From assembly GCA_045632625.1 (NCBI GenBank), contig JAZQWZ010000032.1, positions 1 through 59,497 of the forward strand: a stretch of 59,497 bases of DNA. The letters run 5' to 3'. Origin of the DNA: Candidatus Scatosoma sp. Its GTDB lineage: Bacteria; Bacillota; Clostridia; Christensenellales; Borkfalkiaceae. The translations under genes and the position numbers were made by a program. Positions 1 through 9,135 of this stretch are shown in pieces. Each line of letters begins with the position of its first letter. The first letter of the stretch is position 1. The notes below the pieces were generated by a model. It saw only the letters and a list, made by a program, of their open reading frames with translations, had not been told where the DNA came from and did not search any database.

Positions 1-2
1 TG

Positions 3-101
3 ACGCGCGGCAGCGGTAAATTTGTTTCAGAATTCTTGGCATACGAACCTGTTCCCGGCGAACTTGAGGAAAAAATTGTTGCAAATGCGAAGAAAGAATA
101 A
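3..101 (+). CDS. 3' end of an unidentified CDS that begins upstream of the window
   Basis: Frame 3 is open from the window edge to TAA at 99-101 (...FLAYEPVPGELEEKIVANAKKE*). A hairpin/T-run follows. Too short to assign a family. Confidence 0.3.
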   Translation, partial: TRGSGKFVSEFLAYEPVPGELEEKIVANAKKE

Positions 102-124
102 GCTTTCTTCTGGTTCCTAAAAAG

Positions 125-159
125 CAATCCTTTGGTCCCCCTCCAAAGGGTTGTTTTTT
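125..159 (+). terminator. Rho-independent terminator candidate
   Basis: caatcctttgg (125-135) pairs with ccaaagggttg (143-153) and is followed by tttttt (154-159). Confidence 0.55.
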
Positions 160-253
160 ATTGTTTTGCACCCCCTTTTCATGAAAAAGGGGGTACCATG
201 TACGAAATGAACACGGTATCCCCTTGTTTTTTATATAAAATTGTTGGATAAAT

Positions 254-1972
254 TTATTGCGAAACGGTAAACAGGGAATAGAAATATCCCTTTTCTTCCA
301 TGAGCTTTTCAAACGTGCCCTTTTCAACGATACAACCGTTTTTCATGGTGAGAATTTCATCGTATTTTTTAAGCTGCAACGCGTCCAACGCATGCGTTAC
401 AACGATACTCGTCACTTGGTCTAAATCCAAAATGGCATCAAACACTTGCTTTGCCGTTTCACTATCTAGCGCCGCCGTTGCTTCGTCTACAAGCAACACC
501 TGCGATTTTTTGAGCAAGCTTCTTGCAATCGCAACGCGCTGTTTTTCGCCCCCTGACAACCCGTTACCGTTTTCGCCGCATAAATAATCCGCGCCCTTGG
601 CTTGTATCACGGACGAAAGCCCCGAAAGCGCAATCGCCCTTTCAATTTCTTCTTCAGGGAAAGAAGAGAACATCGTGATGTTGTCGCGAATAGTCGCATT
701 GAATATAAACACGTTTTGTTGGATGATGCTTTCCGTTTCGTACAGCGATGCCGTGGAAATTTCTTTGAGTTCGGTCTCGTCGAAATAAATATTGCCTTGA
801 TAGGAAGTGTACGACGCCAAAAGCAAGTTCAAAAGCGTACTTTTTCCGCTTCCCGACGCGCCGACTACGGCGTATTTTTTACCCAAATCAAAACGGCAAT
901 TTACGTTATGTAACACCTGTTTATCTTGTTCGTAGCCAAAGCAAAGGTTTTCCACAGTGATACCCTTTTGCAACGGGCAGTGCTCCCCTTGCGTTTCTTC
1001 GCGCACGTTTTTATTGAGCGCCGTTGCTACCTTTTCCACCAACGCTTTCGCCGAACTGCGCTCCGCAAAGCACGTAGGCAGCGTGCCGATAGGACTAAGC
1101 ACGTAGTTCATAAGCTGTACGAATAAGATGGTCGTACCTGCCGTTACGCCTTTCCCCGACAAGGCAAGATACGCACCCACTACAAACACGCCGATTTGTG
1201 CAATCAACGTCGCAATCAAGCCGAAAAATTCGACGATGGCACGCATTTTGTGTTTTCCGCGTTCCGCGGTGGAAAGCGCTTGTACGCGCTCTTTGAAAAT
1301 GCGAAGCACCTGCGCTTCCGCCTTGAAGGATTTGATAACGGGGAACCCGCCCAGCACGTCTTTCATCGTCGCCGTATACAATTCGTTTGCGGACGAAACT
1401 TGCTTTTCCTTATTCGCCATATTTTGCCCAGTAAGCAAAGCGGCAAGCAAAGGAAACAGCGCAAGCGCGATGGCAATCAAGGTCAACAGCGGACTGTAAT
1501 AAATCATCATCGTCAGCGCACCGACAAACGTCAATACGTTGGTGATAATGGTAAAAGTATTGCCTAAAAATCCTTGCTCTATCGTTTTAATATCGTTGGT
1601 GAGTGCGGACACGTAGGTGGAAGAATTTTCCCCTGAAAACGCCGCTATGTTTTTCTTGGTTATCTCTTCAAACACGCGCGCTTTATATTGAGAAATACCG
1701 CGCGTAAAATATCGGGGACGCGCATAGCAAGCCAGCATACTGCCCACAGCGGCAAACAAGATTGTCCCCACGCCGATCATAAGAAGCTGGAAAAGCGTGA
1801 AACCGACGTCGCTTCCGCTGATTAAATCGGTAAGCGCCAACAACAGCCACGAACAAATGAGCGAAATAATCACTTCGCCAAGCGCTACTATAATCAATAA
1901 GGCAACGTTGATACCGTTGCCTTTATAAAATTGTTTGGTATACGGACGAATATCTATTTGAGGCTTATTCAT
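254..1972 (-). CDS. ABC transporter, fused permease/ATP-binding protein (type I exporter, MsbA/LmrA-like)
   Basis: The ORF is trimmed to the MNKPQIDIRPY start (ATG at 1972, AAGGAG upstream). The N-terminal half is hydrophobic. The NBD has Walker A GASGSGKST, signature LSGGEKQR, Walker B LLVDEATAALD and H-loop VVTHA. Confidence 0.9.
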   Translation of the reverse strand: MNKPQIDIRPYTKQFYKGNGINVALLIIVALGEVIISLICSWLLLALTDLISGSDVGFTLFQLLMIGVGTILFAAVGSMLACYARPRYFTRGISQYKARVFEEITKKNIAAFSGENSSTYVSALTNDIKTIEQGFLGNTFTIITNVLTFVGALTMMIYYSPLLTLIAIALALFPLLAALLTGQNMANKEKQVSSANELYTATMKDVLGGFPVIKSFKAEAQVLRIFKERVQALSTAERGKHKMRAIVEFFGLIATLIAQIGVFVVGAYLALSGKGVTAGTTILFVQLMNYVLSPIGTLPTCFAERSSAKALVEKVATALNKNVREETQGEHCPLQKGITVENLCFGYEQDKQVLHNVNCRFDLGKKYAVVGASGSGKSTLLNLLLASYTSYQGNIYFDETELKEISTASLYETESIIQQNVFIFNATIRDNITMFSSFPEEEIERAIALSGLSSVIQAKGADYLCGENGNGLSGGEKQRVAIARSLLKKSQVLLVDEATAALDSETAKQVFDAILDLDQVTSIVVTHALDALQLKKYDEILTMKNGCIVEKGTFEKLMEEKGYFYSLFTVSQ

Positions 1973-1995
1973 TTTCGTTTTTACTCCTTGTTGGC

Positions 1996-2841
1996 TTAAC
2001 TTTCTTGCAATACCCCTTGCTCTATAAGCACGTTGCAAAGAACGCCAAGACGCTCAGGGGAAAGCGTTTCCCCCCTTGCTTTTTCGTCTACGCCTGCTTG
2101 CGCTAAAATGTTTTTCGCTGTTTCACGAGAAACGCCAAAGCTGTTGACAAGGTTGTTTTCTAAGGTTTTTCTTCTGTTCAAAAAGGCGCATTTGACCGTT
2201 TGGCGGTATGCCTTTTCGCTTTTTACGGGGATTCTGCCTCTATCGAATGTGATTTTTACCACTGCCGAATCGACGTTGGGACGGGGATAGAACAAGTTTC
2301 TAGAAACTTTTTTTACGATTTTCGCTGTGCCTTTCAAAGCGATTGCCGCGGTAATCGCGCCGTACTCAGCCGTGTTTTCCTTGGCGCAAAAACGCAATGC
2401 CACTTCTTCCTGCACCATCACGGAAATACCCTGCACCATTTCGCTTTCTTCTAACAGCTTGGTAACGAGTGGCGTAGTGATATAGTAGGGCAAGTTCGCC
2501 ACCACCGTGTACGCGCCGATTTCTTGTTCCAGCTCGCGCAAGTCCACTTTACTGAAATCTCTAAAAATAACTTCTACATTTTCAAGCCCTGCAAGCGTTT
2601 CCGCAAGCACGGGTTTAAGCTGTACGTCTACGTCGAACGCATACACTTTTTTTGCCTTTTCCGCCAAAGCGCGCGTGAGCGTACCTGCACCGCAACCGAT
2701 TTCGACAACCGTCGTGTTTTCGTCAATACCCGACGCGTCTACAATAGAGGCAAGCAGGTTGCTGTCCGATATAAAGTTTTGCCCGAATTGCTTTTTAAAC
2801 GCAAATCCGTGTTTTTGTAAAATGGAACGTAAATCGCTCAT
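1996..2841 (-). CDS. rsmA: 16S rRNA (adenine1518/1519-N6)-dimethyltransferase RsmA/KsgA
   Basis: MSDLRSILQKHGF..FGQNFI.., SAM-binding VVEIGCGAGTLT and NLPYYITTP motifs. The start is set at ATG 2841 because the long upstream extension of the ORF overlaps the next gene and has no homologous sense. Confidence 0.9.
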   Translation of the reverse strand: MSDLRSILQKHGFAFKKQFGQNFISDSNLLASIVDASGIDENTTVVEIGCGAGTLTRALAEKAKKVYAFDVDVQLKPVLAETLAGLENVEVIFRDFSKVDLRELEQEIGAYTVVANLPYYITTPLVTKLLEESEMVQGISVMVQEEVALRFCAKENTAEYGAITAAIALKGTAKIVKKVSRNLFYPRPNVDSAVVKITFDRGRIPVKSEKAYRQTVKCAFLNRRKTLENNLVNSFGVSRETAKNILAQAGVDEKARGETLSPERLGVLCNVLIEQGVLQES

Positions 2842-2866
2842 ACTTTCTTCCTGTTTTTTTGTTTGA

Positions 2867-3838
2867 TTATTCGCCGCTGTCCGTAATATAATCGCGCACG
2901 TATAAAGGTACGCGTAAGCTTTCCGCCAAGCGTTTGCAGGCTTCCACCTCTTCTTCGCCGATACAATCGACGATGGAAAAACGGCAAGGAATATCGTTTC
3001 TCTTGCATTGACGGGCAAACTCCAACATACCGTCGAAACCGTTTGTACCAAACTGCGAACGGCATACGGGTTGGTATTTTTCCGCACAAGAGAAGTTCAA
3101 AGAAATGTTGATAAAATCAATTTTGTCTTTAAGTTCGGGTACGATATCGCGTTTGTTGATTAAATTGCCTTGTCCGTTGGTATTTAAACGCGTTTTTAAG
3201 CCCTTTTCATGGAAGAAATCGCAAAGTGCGAGCATTTCTTTTACTTTGTAAGTGGGTTCGCCGAAACCGCAAAATACCGCTTCCTTAAATTGCGTAAGAT
3301 TGAAATCCTTTGCAGACGCAATTACTTTTTCCGCCGTTACGTCGCCGTTTTTCAGCCATAAATAATGGCCGTAATAGCTATCGCACTCGTTACGCACGCA
3401 AAAATCGCAGGCGTTGGAGCATTTGTTGGTCAAATTGACGTACAAATTACCGTCGAGAACGTACAAATACGTGTCCTTGCGGTTTTGGTTTTTGTTTTGA
3501 TTTTGGTTTTTATTTTGACCGCCTTGACCGCTTTGGTTTTGGTTGTTTTGACTGTTACCGCCGCCCTGTTTTTGCTTTTGCTTTTGCGGTTGGGGTTGTT
3601 GTTTTTGTTTGTTTTGCTGTCCGTTTTGCGGTTGCTTTTGCTTGTTTTGACTGCCCTGCTTTTGCGCGTTTTGGCTATTTTGCGCCTGCGAATTTTGGCT
3701 GTTTTGACCGTTTTGGTTTTGCTTATTACCGCCATGTCCCCTATGACGGCGATGGCGTCTGGAACGACCGCTTTTTTGCTGGCCGTTTTGGCTGCTTTGA
3801 CCGTTTTGCGGTTGTTGGTTATTCTTGATTTCGTCCAT
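2867..3838 (-). CDS. Radical SAM protein of the TatD-associated type, with a ~120-aa Q/N/K/G-rich low-complexity N-terminal extension
   Basis: CX3CX2C cluster CSNACDFC sits at about residue 140 and the gene lies directly downstream of tatD. Residues 1-120 are almost only Q, N, G, K and S. An alternative TTG start at 3466 with AAGGA upstream would remove the extension. Confidence 0.7.
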   Translation of the reverse strand: MDEIKNNQQPQNGQSSQNGQQKSGRSRRHRRHRGHGGNKQNQNGQNSQNSQAQNSQNAQKQGSQNKQKQPQNGQQNKQKQQPQPQKQKQKQGGGNSQNNQNQSGQGGQNKNQNQNKNQNRKDTYLYVLDGNLYVNLTNKCSNACDFCVRNECDSYYGHYLWLKNGDVTAEKVIASAKDFNLTQFKEAVFCGFGEPTYKVKEMLALCDFFHEKGLKTRLNTNGQGNLINKRDIVPELKDKIDFINISLNFSCAEKYQPVCRSQFGTNGFDGMLEFARQCKRNDIPCRFSIVDCIGEEEVEACKRLAESLRVPLYVRDYITDSGE

Positions 3839-3853
3839 ATTGCTACCTACTTT

Positions 3854-4639
3854 TTATTGCAATTTCTTGAACAAGCTTTTCGCGTTGTCCAAAAGCTGTT
3901 TTTTTAATGTTTCTTCGTCTGTTTGCGTAAGCTCTGCCAGCTTTTTCACTACGTGCAAAATGTGTGCAGGTTGGTTGGGAAACGTCCCCCTCAACGGCTC
4001 GGGCGTAAGGTACGGACAATCGGTTTCCGATAAAATGCGGCTACCGTGTACGCGGCGAACGCTTTCTTGTACTTTTTTCGCGTTCTTGAACGTGCAAGGT
4101 CCGCCAAAGGAAAAATACGTACCAAACTGCGCAAAGCGTTCTACCATTTCCGCAGAATACGAATAACAATGCATCAGCGCGCCGTGGTTTAACAAATGCT
4201 TATTTTCTAACAAAAGGCTGAGCGTATCTTCCGCGGCGTCGCGGCTGTGCAGTACTACGGGAAGCCCAAGCCTGTCCGCAAGCTGTAACTGCTGCATAAA
4301 CCGCTGTTTTTGCTCGTCCTTGGCGGGGTTATTTTCGTAGTGATAATCCAAGCCGATTTCCCCAACGGCAACACATTTTTCATGTTTGCAAAGCGTTTCC
4401 AGCTTCTGCAAATCGCCGTCCTGCCACTTGGCAAGCTCGCTGGGATGAAAGCCGGCGCAAAAATACACGCTTTCATATTTTTCGGAAAGCTCCTTGGCAA
4501 TGATGGACGATTGCAAATCAAAACCCGAACAAATCATGCGTGTTACACCAAGCACATTTGCGCGCGCAATCACTTCGTCCACACCGCCCGCTTCTTGATA
4601 TTCGTCGCCCGTTAAATGGCAATGTACGTCGATATACAT
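3854..4639 (-). CDS. tatD: TatD-family metal-dependent hydrolase/DNase
   Basis: MYIDVHCHL (HxH), the typical TatD length (261 aa), and an ATG overlapping the metG TGA (ATGA junction at 4639). Confidence 0.88.
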   Translation of the reverse strand: MYIDVHCHLTGDEYQEAGGVDEVIARANVLGVTRMICSGFDLQSSIIAKELSEKYESVYFCAGFHPSELAKWQDGDLQKLETLCKHEKCVAVGEIGLDYHYENNPAKDEQKQRFMQQLQLADRLGLPVVLHSRDAAEDTLSLLLENKHLLNHGALMHCYSYSAEMVERFAQFGTYFSFGGPCTFKNAKKVQESVRRVHGSRILSETDCPYLTPEPLRGTFPNQPAHILHVVKKLAELTQTDEETLKKQLLDNAKSLFKKLQ

Positions 4640-6633
4640 CAGCCGATATTCGCTCCGCTGTCGATATCCGCGTTGTCAGGGCATACAAGCGCAAACTTAC
4701 CGTTTTCGTCTTCCGCACCCAAAATCATGCCTTCCGACATAATGCCGCACACCTTTCTCGGTGCAAGGTTGGTAACGAACACTACCTTTTTCCCGATGAG
4801 TTCTTCGGGCTTGTAATGCTTAGCAATCCCCGAAACAACCGAACGTGTTTCATTGCCGAATTTCACCGTTTCGTGTAAAAGCTTGGAAGATTTTTCCACC
4901 TTTTCACAAGCAATAATTTCGCCTACGCGCAGTTGTACTTTTGCAAAATCGTCAATGGTAATTTCAGGCACTTTTTCTTCTTCCTTTTCTTGCGTTTGTT
5001 TGTTTTCCGTGGAAACGGCAGGGGCAGGTGCTTGTTCAGCCGCCGCGGCTTTCATTTGCGCTTCGCGGATTTTGTCGATTTCCGGTTGCAGCGTTTTGAA
5101 ATCAATACGCGCAAACAACGGCTCGATACCATTTACTTGCGTTTGTTCTTTCAAGCCGAAAATTGCGCATTCTTCCAAGCTCCTGCTGTTGCCGTCGAAG
5201 GCTTGGACAATCTTCTCACTCGTTTGCGGCATGAAGCTATCGAGAAGCGACGCACCGATTTGAATGGCTTCCGCCAAGTTATAAAGTACGTCGTTCAAGC
5301 GCGTTTTTTGCGCTTCGTCCTTGGCAAGCGCCCAAGGCATCGTTTCGTCGATATATTTATTCGCTCTGCGGAATACCGTGAAAATTTCACCGATAGCGTC
5401 TGCAATACGCAAATCTTCCGCTTTCGCCGTTACCTTTTCCACCGCCGACGTTACCGTTGCTTTGAATTCCTTATCAGGGTCTTGTTCGTTTTCCGCAAGC
5501 GATTTTTGTACGCTGCCGCCGAAATATTTATTGATCATGGCAATCGTACGGCTCACCAAGTTACCCAAAACGTTGGCAAGGTCAGTATTGAAACGTTCCG
5601 CCACAAGCTCCCACGTGATTTGACCGTCGTTATCAAACGGCATTTCGTGGAGCACGAAATAGCGCACGGCTTCCACACCGAACAGGCGTGCCAAATCGTC
5701 CGCGTAAATCACGTTGCCCTTGGATTTACTCATCTTGCCATCGCCCTGCAACAGCCAAGGATGCCCAAATACTTGCTTGGGCAAAGGTTCGCCAAGCGCC
5801 ATCAGGAAAATAGGCCAGTAAATGGTATGAAAACGCAAAATGTCTTTACCGATTAAGTGTAAATCCGCCGGCCAGAACTTTTTATAAAGCTCGCCGTGGT
5901 TGCCGTCTACGTCGTAGCCGATCCCCGTGATATAGTTGGTGAGCGCATCCAGCCACACATACACTACGTGCTTGCTGTCGAAATCCACAGGCACGCCCCA
6001 AGTGAACGTTACGCGCGATACGCACAAATCCTGCAAGCCCTTTTTCAAGAAGTTGTTCATCATCTCGTTTTTACGGGAAACGGGACGGATAAATTCGGGA
6101 TGCGTTTCGATATGTTGGATTAAGCGGTCGGCATATTTGCCCATTTTAAAGAAGTACGCTTCTTCTTTCGCAGGTTTAACTTCTCTGCCACAATCGGGGC
6201 ATTTACCGTCTACAAGCTGGCTTTCCGTCCAAAACGATTCACAAGGCGTACAGTACATACCCTCGTAATAGCTTTTATAAATATCCCCTTGGTCGTAGAA
6301 CTTTTTAAAGATTTTCGCCACCTGTTTCATGTGGTCGGCGTCGGTAGTACGGATAAATTTATCGTACGACGTTTCCACCAAATCCCAAATATCTTTGATT
6401 TCACCCGCCACTTTATCGACAAATTCTTGGGGACTCACGCCGGCCGCCTGCGCTTTTTCTTGAATTTTTTGGCCATGTTCGTCCGTGCCCGTTTGATAGA
6501 ACACTTCATAACCCTGTTTGCGCTTAAAACGCGCGATTGCGTCCGCCAAAATCGCTTCGTACGTGTTGCCGATATGCGGCTTGCCCGAAGTGTACGCGAT
6601 TGCCGTTGTGATGTAGTAAGGTTTCTTTGCCAT
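4639..6633 (-). CDS. metG: Methionine--tRNA ligase with C-terminal tRNA-binding (EMAP/Trbp111-like) domain
   Basis: HIGH motif (KPHIGN), KMSKS motif (GKMSKSKG), Zn knuckles CTPCES/CPDCGRE, and the C-terminal LRVGEI..KL..ETV.FG OB-fold segment. The start is set at MAKKPYYITT (ATG 6633, AGGAG upstream). Confidence 0.95.
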   Translation of the reverse strand: MAKKPYYITTAIAYTSGKPHIGNTYEAILADAIARFKRKQGYEVFYQTGTDEHGQKIQEKAQAAGVSPQEFVDKVAGEIKDIWDLVETSYDKFIRTTDADHMKQVAKIFKKFYDQGDIYKSYYEGMYCTPCESFWTESQLVDGKCPDCGREVKPAKEEAYFFKMGKYADRLIQHIETHPEFIRPVSRKNEMMNNFLKKGLQDLCVSRVTFTWGVPVDFDSKHVVYVWLDALTNYITGIGYDVDGNHGELYKKFWPADLHLIGKDILRFHTIYWPIFLMALGEPLPKQVFGHPWLLQGDGKMSKSKGNVIYADDLARLFGVEAVRYFVLHEMPFDNDGQITWELVAERFNTDLANVLGNLVSRTIAMINKYFGGSVQKSLAENEQDPDKEFKATVTSAVEKVTAKAEDLRIADAIGEIFTVFRRANKYIDETMPWALAKDEAQKTRLNDVLYNLAEAIQIGASLLDSFMPQTSEKIVQAFDGNSRSLEECAIFGLKEQTQVNGIEPLFARIDFKTLQPEIDKIREAQMKAAAAEQAPAPAVSTENKQTQEKEEEKVPEITIDDFAKVQLRVGEIIACEKVEKSSKLLHETVKFGNETRSVVSGIAKHYKPEELIGKKVVFVTNLAPRKVCGIMSEGMILGAEDENGKFALVCPDNADIDSGANIG

Positions 6634-6690
6634 TGCCTTTGCTCCTGCGCGAAAAATGAATATTTTTCGCTTGTTTTTTATTCGCCTATT

Positions 6691-6719
6691 ATTATACCTA
6701 TTTTTTTGGGAAATGTAAA
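6691..6719 (-). promoter_or_regulatory. Sigma-A-type promoter candidate for the metG operon
   Basis: On the minus strand: TTTACA (6719-6714), a 17-nt spacer, then TATAAT (6696-6691), about 55 nt upstream of the metG ATG. Confidence 0.45.
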
Positions 6720-6785
6720 CTGTTTTGCGCGCCCCCGCGAAGAATAAACGGCATTTTCCGCTTCTTTTACGCATATAGTAGTGCT

Positions 6786-7409
6786 ATGAACGTGCTTTTT
6801 TGTGTAGTTGTTGTGTTATCGGTTTGTATCTTTATGATACAAGACCCACAAATTTTTCTTTCTTCTATGCTGGACGGTGCGTCTAAAAGCGCCGTTTTGT
6901 GCTTCTCGCTTATCGCCACCTACGCCGTGTGGCTAGGCTTAATGCGCGTTTGGCAGGACAGCGGTTTGACAAACGCTATCTCTAAACGCATCCGTCCGCT
7001 TACCCGTAAATTGCTAAAAACCAACGATTTGCAAACACTCGATTGCCTGACTATGAATTTGACCGTCAATTTGCTCGGCATTTCGGGTGCGGCAACCCCC
7101 TACGGCATACAAGGAGCCAAGCTTTTGGATAAAACGGAAAATGCAGAATATTCTTCTGCTATGTTTTTCGTGTTCAACGCCACGTCCTTACAGGTTATTC
7201 CCACGTCGGTAATCGGTGTGCGCACCGCTTTAAAAAGCGCCGCGCCTGCGGATATCGTACTTCCCACTATTTTGACAAGCGCGTTTTCCACATTGCTTGC
7301 AGCGTTGTTGGTGTTTTTGCTTATCCGTAAAAACACGGCGGTTGTAACGCAAAAAAACAGTGGTTTTTTACGTAAAACCGCAAAAATTAAGGGGGCAGGT
7401 ATGCAATGA
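6786..7409 (+). CDS. spmA: Spore maturation protein A (nucleoside-recognition/Gate-domain membrane protein)
   Basis: Polytopic membrane protein. Its N-terminus (..AVWLGLMRVWQDSGL..) resembles B. subtilis SpmA, and the gene is followed by spmB with an ATGA overlap. Confidence 0.75.
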   Translation: MNVLFCVVVVLSVCIFMIQDPQIFLSSMLDGASKSAVLCFSLIATYAVWLGLMRVWQDSGLTNAISKRIRPLTRKLLKTNDLQTLDCLTMNLTVNLLGISGAATPYGIQGAKLLDKTENAEYSSAMFFVFNATSLQVIPTSVIGVRTALKSAAPADIVLPTILTSAFSTLLAALLVFLLIRKNTAVVTQKNSGFLRKTAKIKGAGMQ

Positions 7410-7921
7410 ATTACTTTTTCGCCTTAATTGTGCCCGTAATATTTTTGCTTTCCTTTTTATATGCAACCTATAAAAAGGTGCGCGTGTACGACAGCTTTAC
7501 CAACGGCGCAAAAGACGCTATTCCTTTGATTGTTTCCATTTTTCCGTATATTGCGGCGGTTACGATGCTTTGTGTACTGATGGAAAAAAGCGGTTTAGAA
7601 AGCAAAATGATTAAACTTTTGCAACCAACGTTTTCCCGTTTTGGCGTACCGCCTGAGCTAGCACCGCTGTTATTTGTCAAACCACTGTCTGGAAGCGGAT
7701 CTATTGCCGTTTTGACGGATATTTTACAAACGTACGGTGTGGATAGCTATATCGGCCGTTGCGCTTGCGTTGTGTACGGCTCGTCGGATACTATCTTTTA
7801 TATCGGCGCGGTATATTTTGCTTCTCTGCAAAGAAAAAAGCTACCGCTTGCCATTGCAATCGCTTTATTTTCCTTTTTACTATCCGTCGTTTTATGCTGT
7901 TTTTTATGTCAATTCATATAA
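7406..7921 (+). CDS. spmB: Spore maturation protein B
   Basis: 171-aa membrane protein translationally coupled to spmA, in the canonical spmAB arrangement. Confidence 0.75.
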   Translation: MNYFFALIVPVIFLLSFLYATYKKVRVYDSFTNGAKDAIPLIVSIFPYIAAVTMLCVLMEKSGLESKMIKLLQPTFSRFGVPPELAPLLFVKPLSGSGSIAVLTDILQTYGVDSYIGRCACVVYGSSDTIFYIGAVYFASLQRKKLPLAIAIALFSFLLSVVLCCFLCQFI

Positions 7922-8126
7922 TGAATAGCACGCCGATTTCTTTGTTTAATTTTGTACTTTTTTCACATTTTTTGTAAGAGTGAGTACAATTTTATTTTTT
8001 TAAAAAAATATTTTTTGTTTCCTTTACTTTTTTTGTTAAGCGTGCTAAAATATACTTGTAGTTAAGTTGTGGAAACACAACAAGTTACATAGCTCATCAT
8101 TTTCCCCCTTATCATATAGGTAGTTG

Positions 8127-8162
8127 CCTCGAAACGTGAGTTTCGGGGTGATTATCTTTTTT
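8127..8162 (+). terminator. Terminator-like hairpin in ORF-free DNA
   Basis: cctcgaaac (8127-8135) pairs with gtttcgggg (8140-8148). A T-run lies at 8157-8162. Confidence 0.4.
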
Positions 8163-8368
8163 ATTGCTTTTTTTGCCCCAAAATACATTTCCGTCAATAC
8201 CAAAAATGCAAGGCCCCCCTAAATTTACCGGGAGCCATCCCCGTTACATGCTTAAAAACACAAGAAAACTATGCCCCCCTTGAAATATCAAAAGGAACAT
8301 TTAAAAATAGGCATATTTTTATGGCAAATTTTTAATCAATGGATGCCGTTTGTAATGTAAGAACAAGC

Positions 8369-8398
8369 AACTATCCCCCACTAAAGTGGGGGATAGTT
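8369..8398 (+). terminator. Terminator-like hairpin in ORF-free DNA
   Basis: aactatccccc (8369-8379) pairs with gggggatagtt (8388-8398). Only a weak T-tract follows. Confidence 0.3.
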
Positions 8399-8450
8399 AC
8401 TATTTTACCTGTAATTAGTTTTTAGGGGTTTTTCATGCTTGCTTCATGAT

Positions 8451-8486
8451 AAACCGCGGTGGGAAACCCACCGCGGTTCTTTTTTG
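8451..8486 (+). terminator. Rho-independent terminator
   Basis: 12-bp GC-rich stem aaccgcggtggg/cccaccgcggtt with loop aaa, followed by cttttttg. Confidence 0.6.
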
Positions 8487-8498
8487 TTGTTTAGTACT

Positions 8499-8645
8499 AT
8501 GCTATCCTTACTTATCGAAGATAAACTCTCAGTGAAAGAGATCTCTTTTGCTTCGGGATTCGCTGATGAAAAATATTTTTCCCGCGCGTTTAGAAGCAAG
8601 TATGGCTATCCCCCCTCACAACTGCGCCATAATATAATAATGTAA
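8499..8645 (+). pseudogene. C-terminal fragment of an AraC/XylS-family regulator (second HTH only)
   Basis: ..LSVKEISFASGFADEKYFSRAFRSKYGYPPSQLR.. is the conserved end of the AraC HTH_18 domain. No upstream ligand or first-HTH part exists, and a terminator sits where the N-terminus would be. Confidence 0.55.
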
Positions 8646-8693
8646 GAAATAGGCGTCCGCGAACAAGGCGTTTCTTTTACATTTCTCGCCACG

Positions 8694-9135
8694 AAAAAAG
8701 ACACCCATAAATGGGTGTCTCGTTTGTTTGGTGCGTTTCGAGTGGAATTGCGCTTTTAGCGGCGCGCCCCGCTCCGCCATTTTTAATGGCGGCCTTTGCC
8801 TTTTAGCTTTTCGTTTCTTATTCTGTTCTTGGCAAAGCGTTTTGCTCCCGCAAAACGGCTCCCACCCTCAATTCCTGTCGGGTATTCGGCTCATACCAAA
8901 CAAAAAAGCACCCACAAGGGTGCTCGTTTGTTTGGTGCGTTTCGATTGGAATTGCGCTTTTAGCAGCGCGCCCCGCTTGGCAATTATCAATTACCAACTT
9001 TGCCTTCTATCCCTTCGTAAATCATACAATAAAAGGCAAAGCGTTTTGCTCCCGCAAAACGGCTCCACCCTCAATTCCTGTCGAGTATTCGTCTCATACC
9101 AAACAAAAAAGCACCCACAAGGGTGCTCGTTTGTT
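8694..9135. repeat. ~205-bp tandem units (2 full copies plus the start of a third)
   Basis: Units start at 8694, 8902 and 9105. Each has an A-run/hairpin/T-run (gcaccc-acaa-gggtgc), then tggtgcg... (degenerate in units 1-2), a variable centre, and a conserved ggcaaagcgttttgctcccgcaaaacggctcc..ctcaattcctgtcg..ctcataccaaac. Confidence 0.8.

Noticed and set aside
1973-3087. Long N-terminal extensions of the ABC transporter (to 2038), rsmA (to 3087) and metG (to 6774) given by the ORF track
   Set aside because: The extensions overlap upstream genes or intergenic DNA and have non-protein-like composition. Internal ATGs with good SD sequences coincide with the conserved family N-termini (MNKPQ.., MSDLRS.., MAKKPYY..).
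3365-3907. Antisense or shadow ORFs inside real genes, for example 3365-3907, 3430-3735, 4933-5856, 24144-24794, 47082-47879, 55337-55822 and 50945-51427
   Set aside because: They lie opposite or out of frame to strongly supported genes. They lack RBSs, and their low-complexity or odd composition mirrors the sense strand.
6634-6785. T-box or other riboswitch leader upstream of metG
   Set aside because: The leader between the predicted -10 and the ATG is only ~55 nt with one small hairpin. That is far too short for a T-box, and I saw no specifier or T-box motif.
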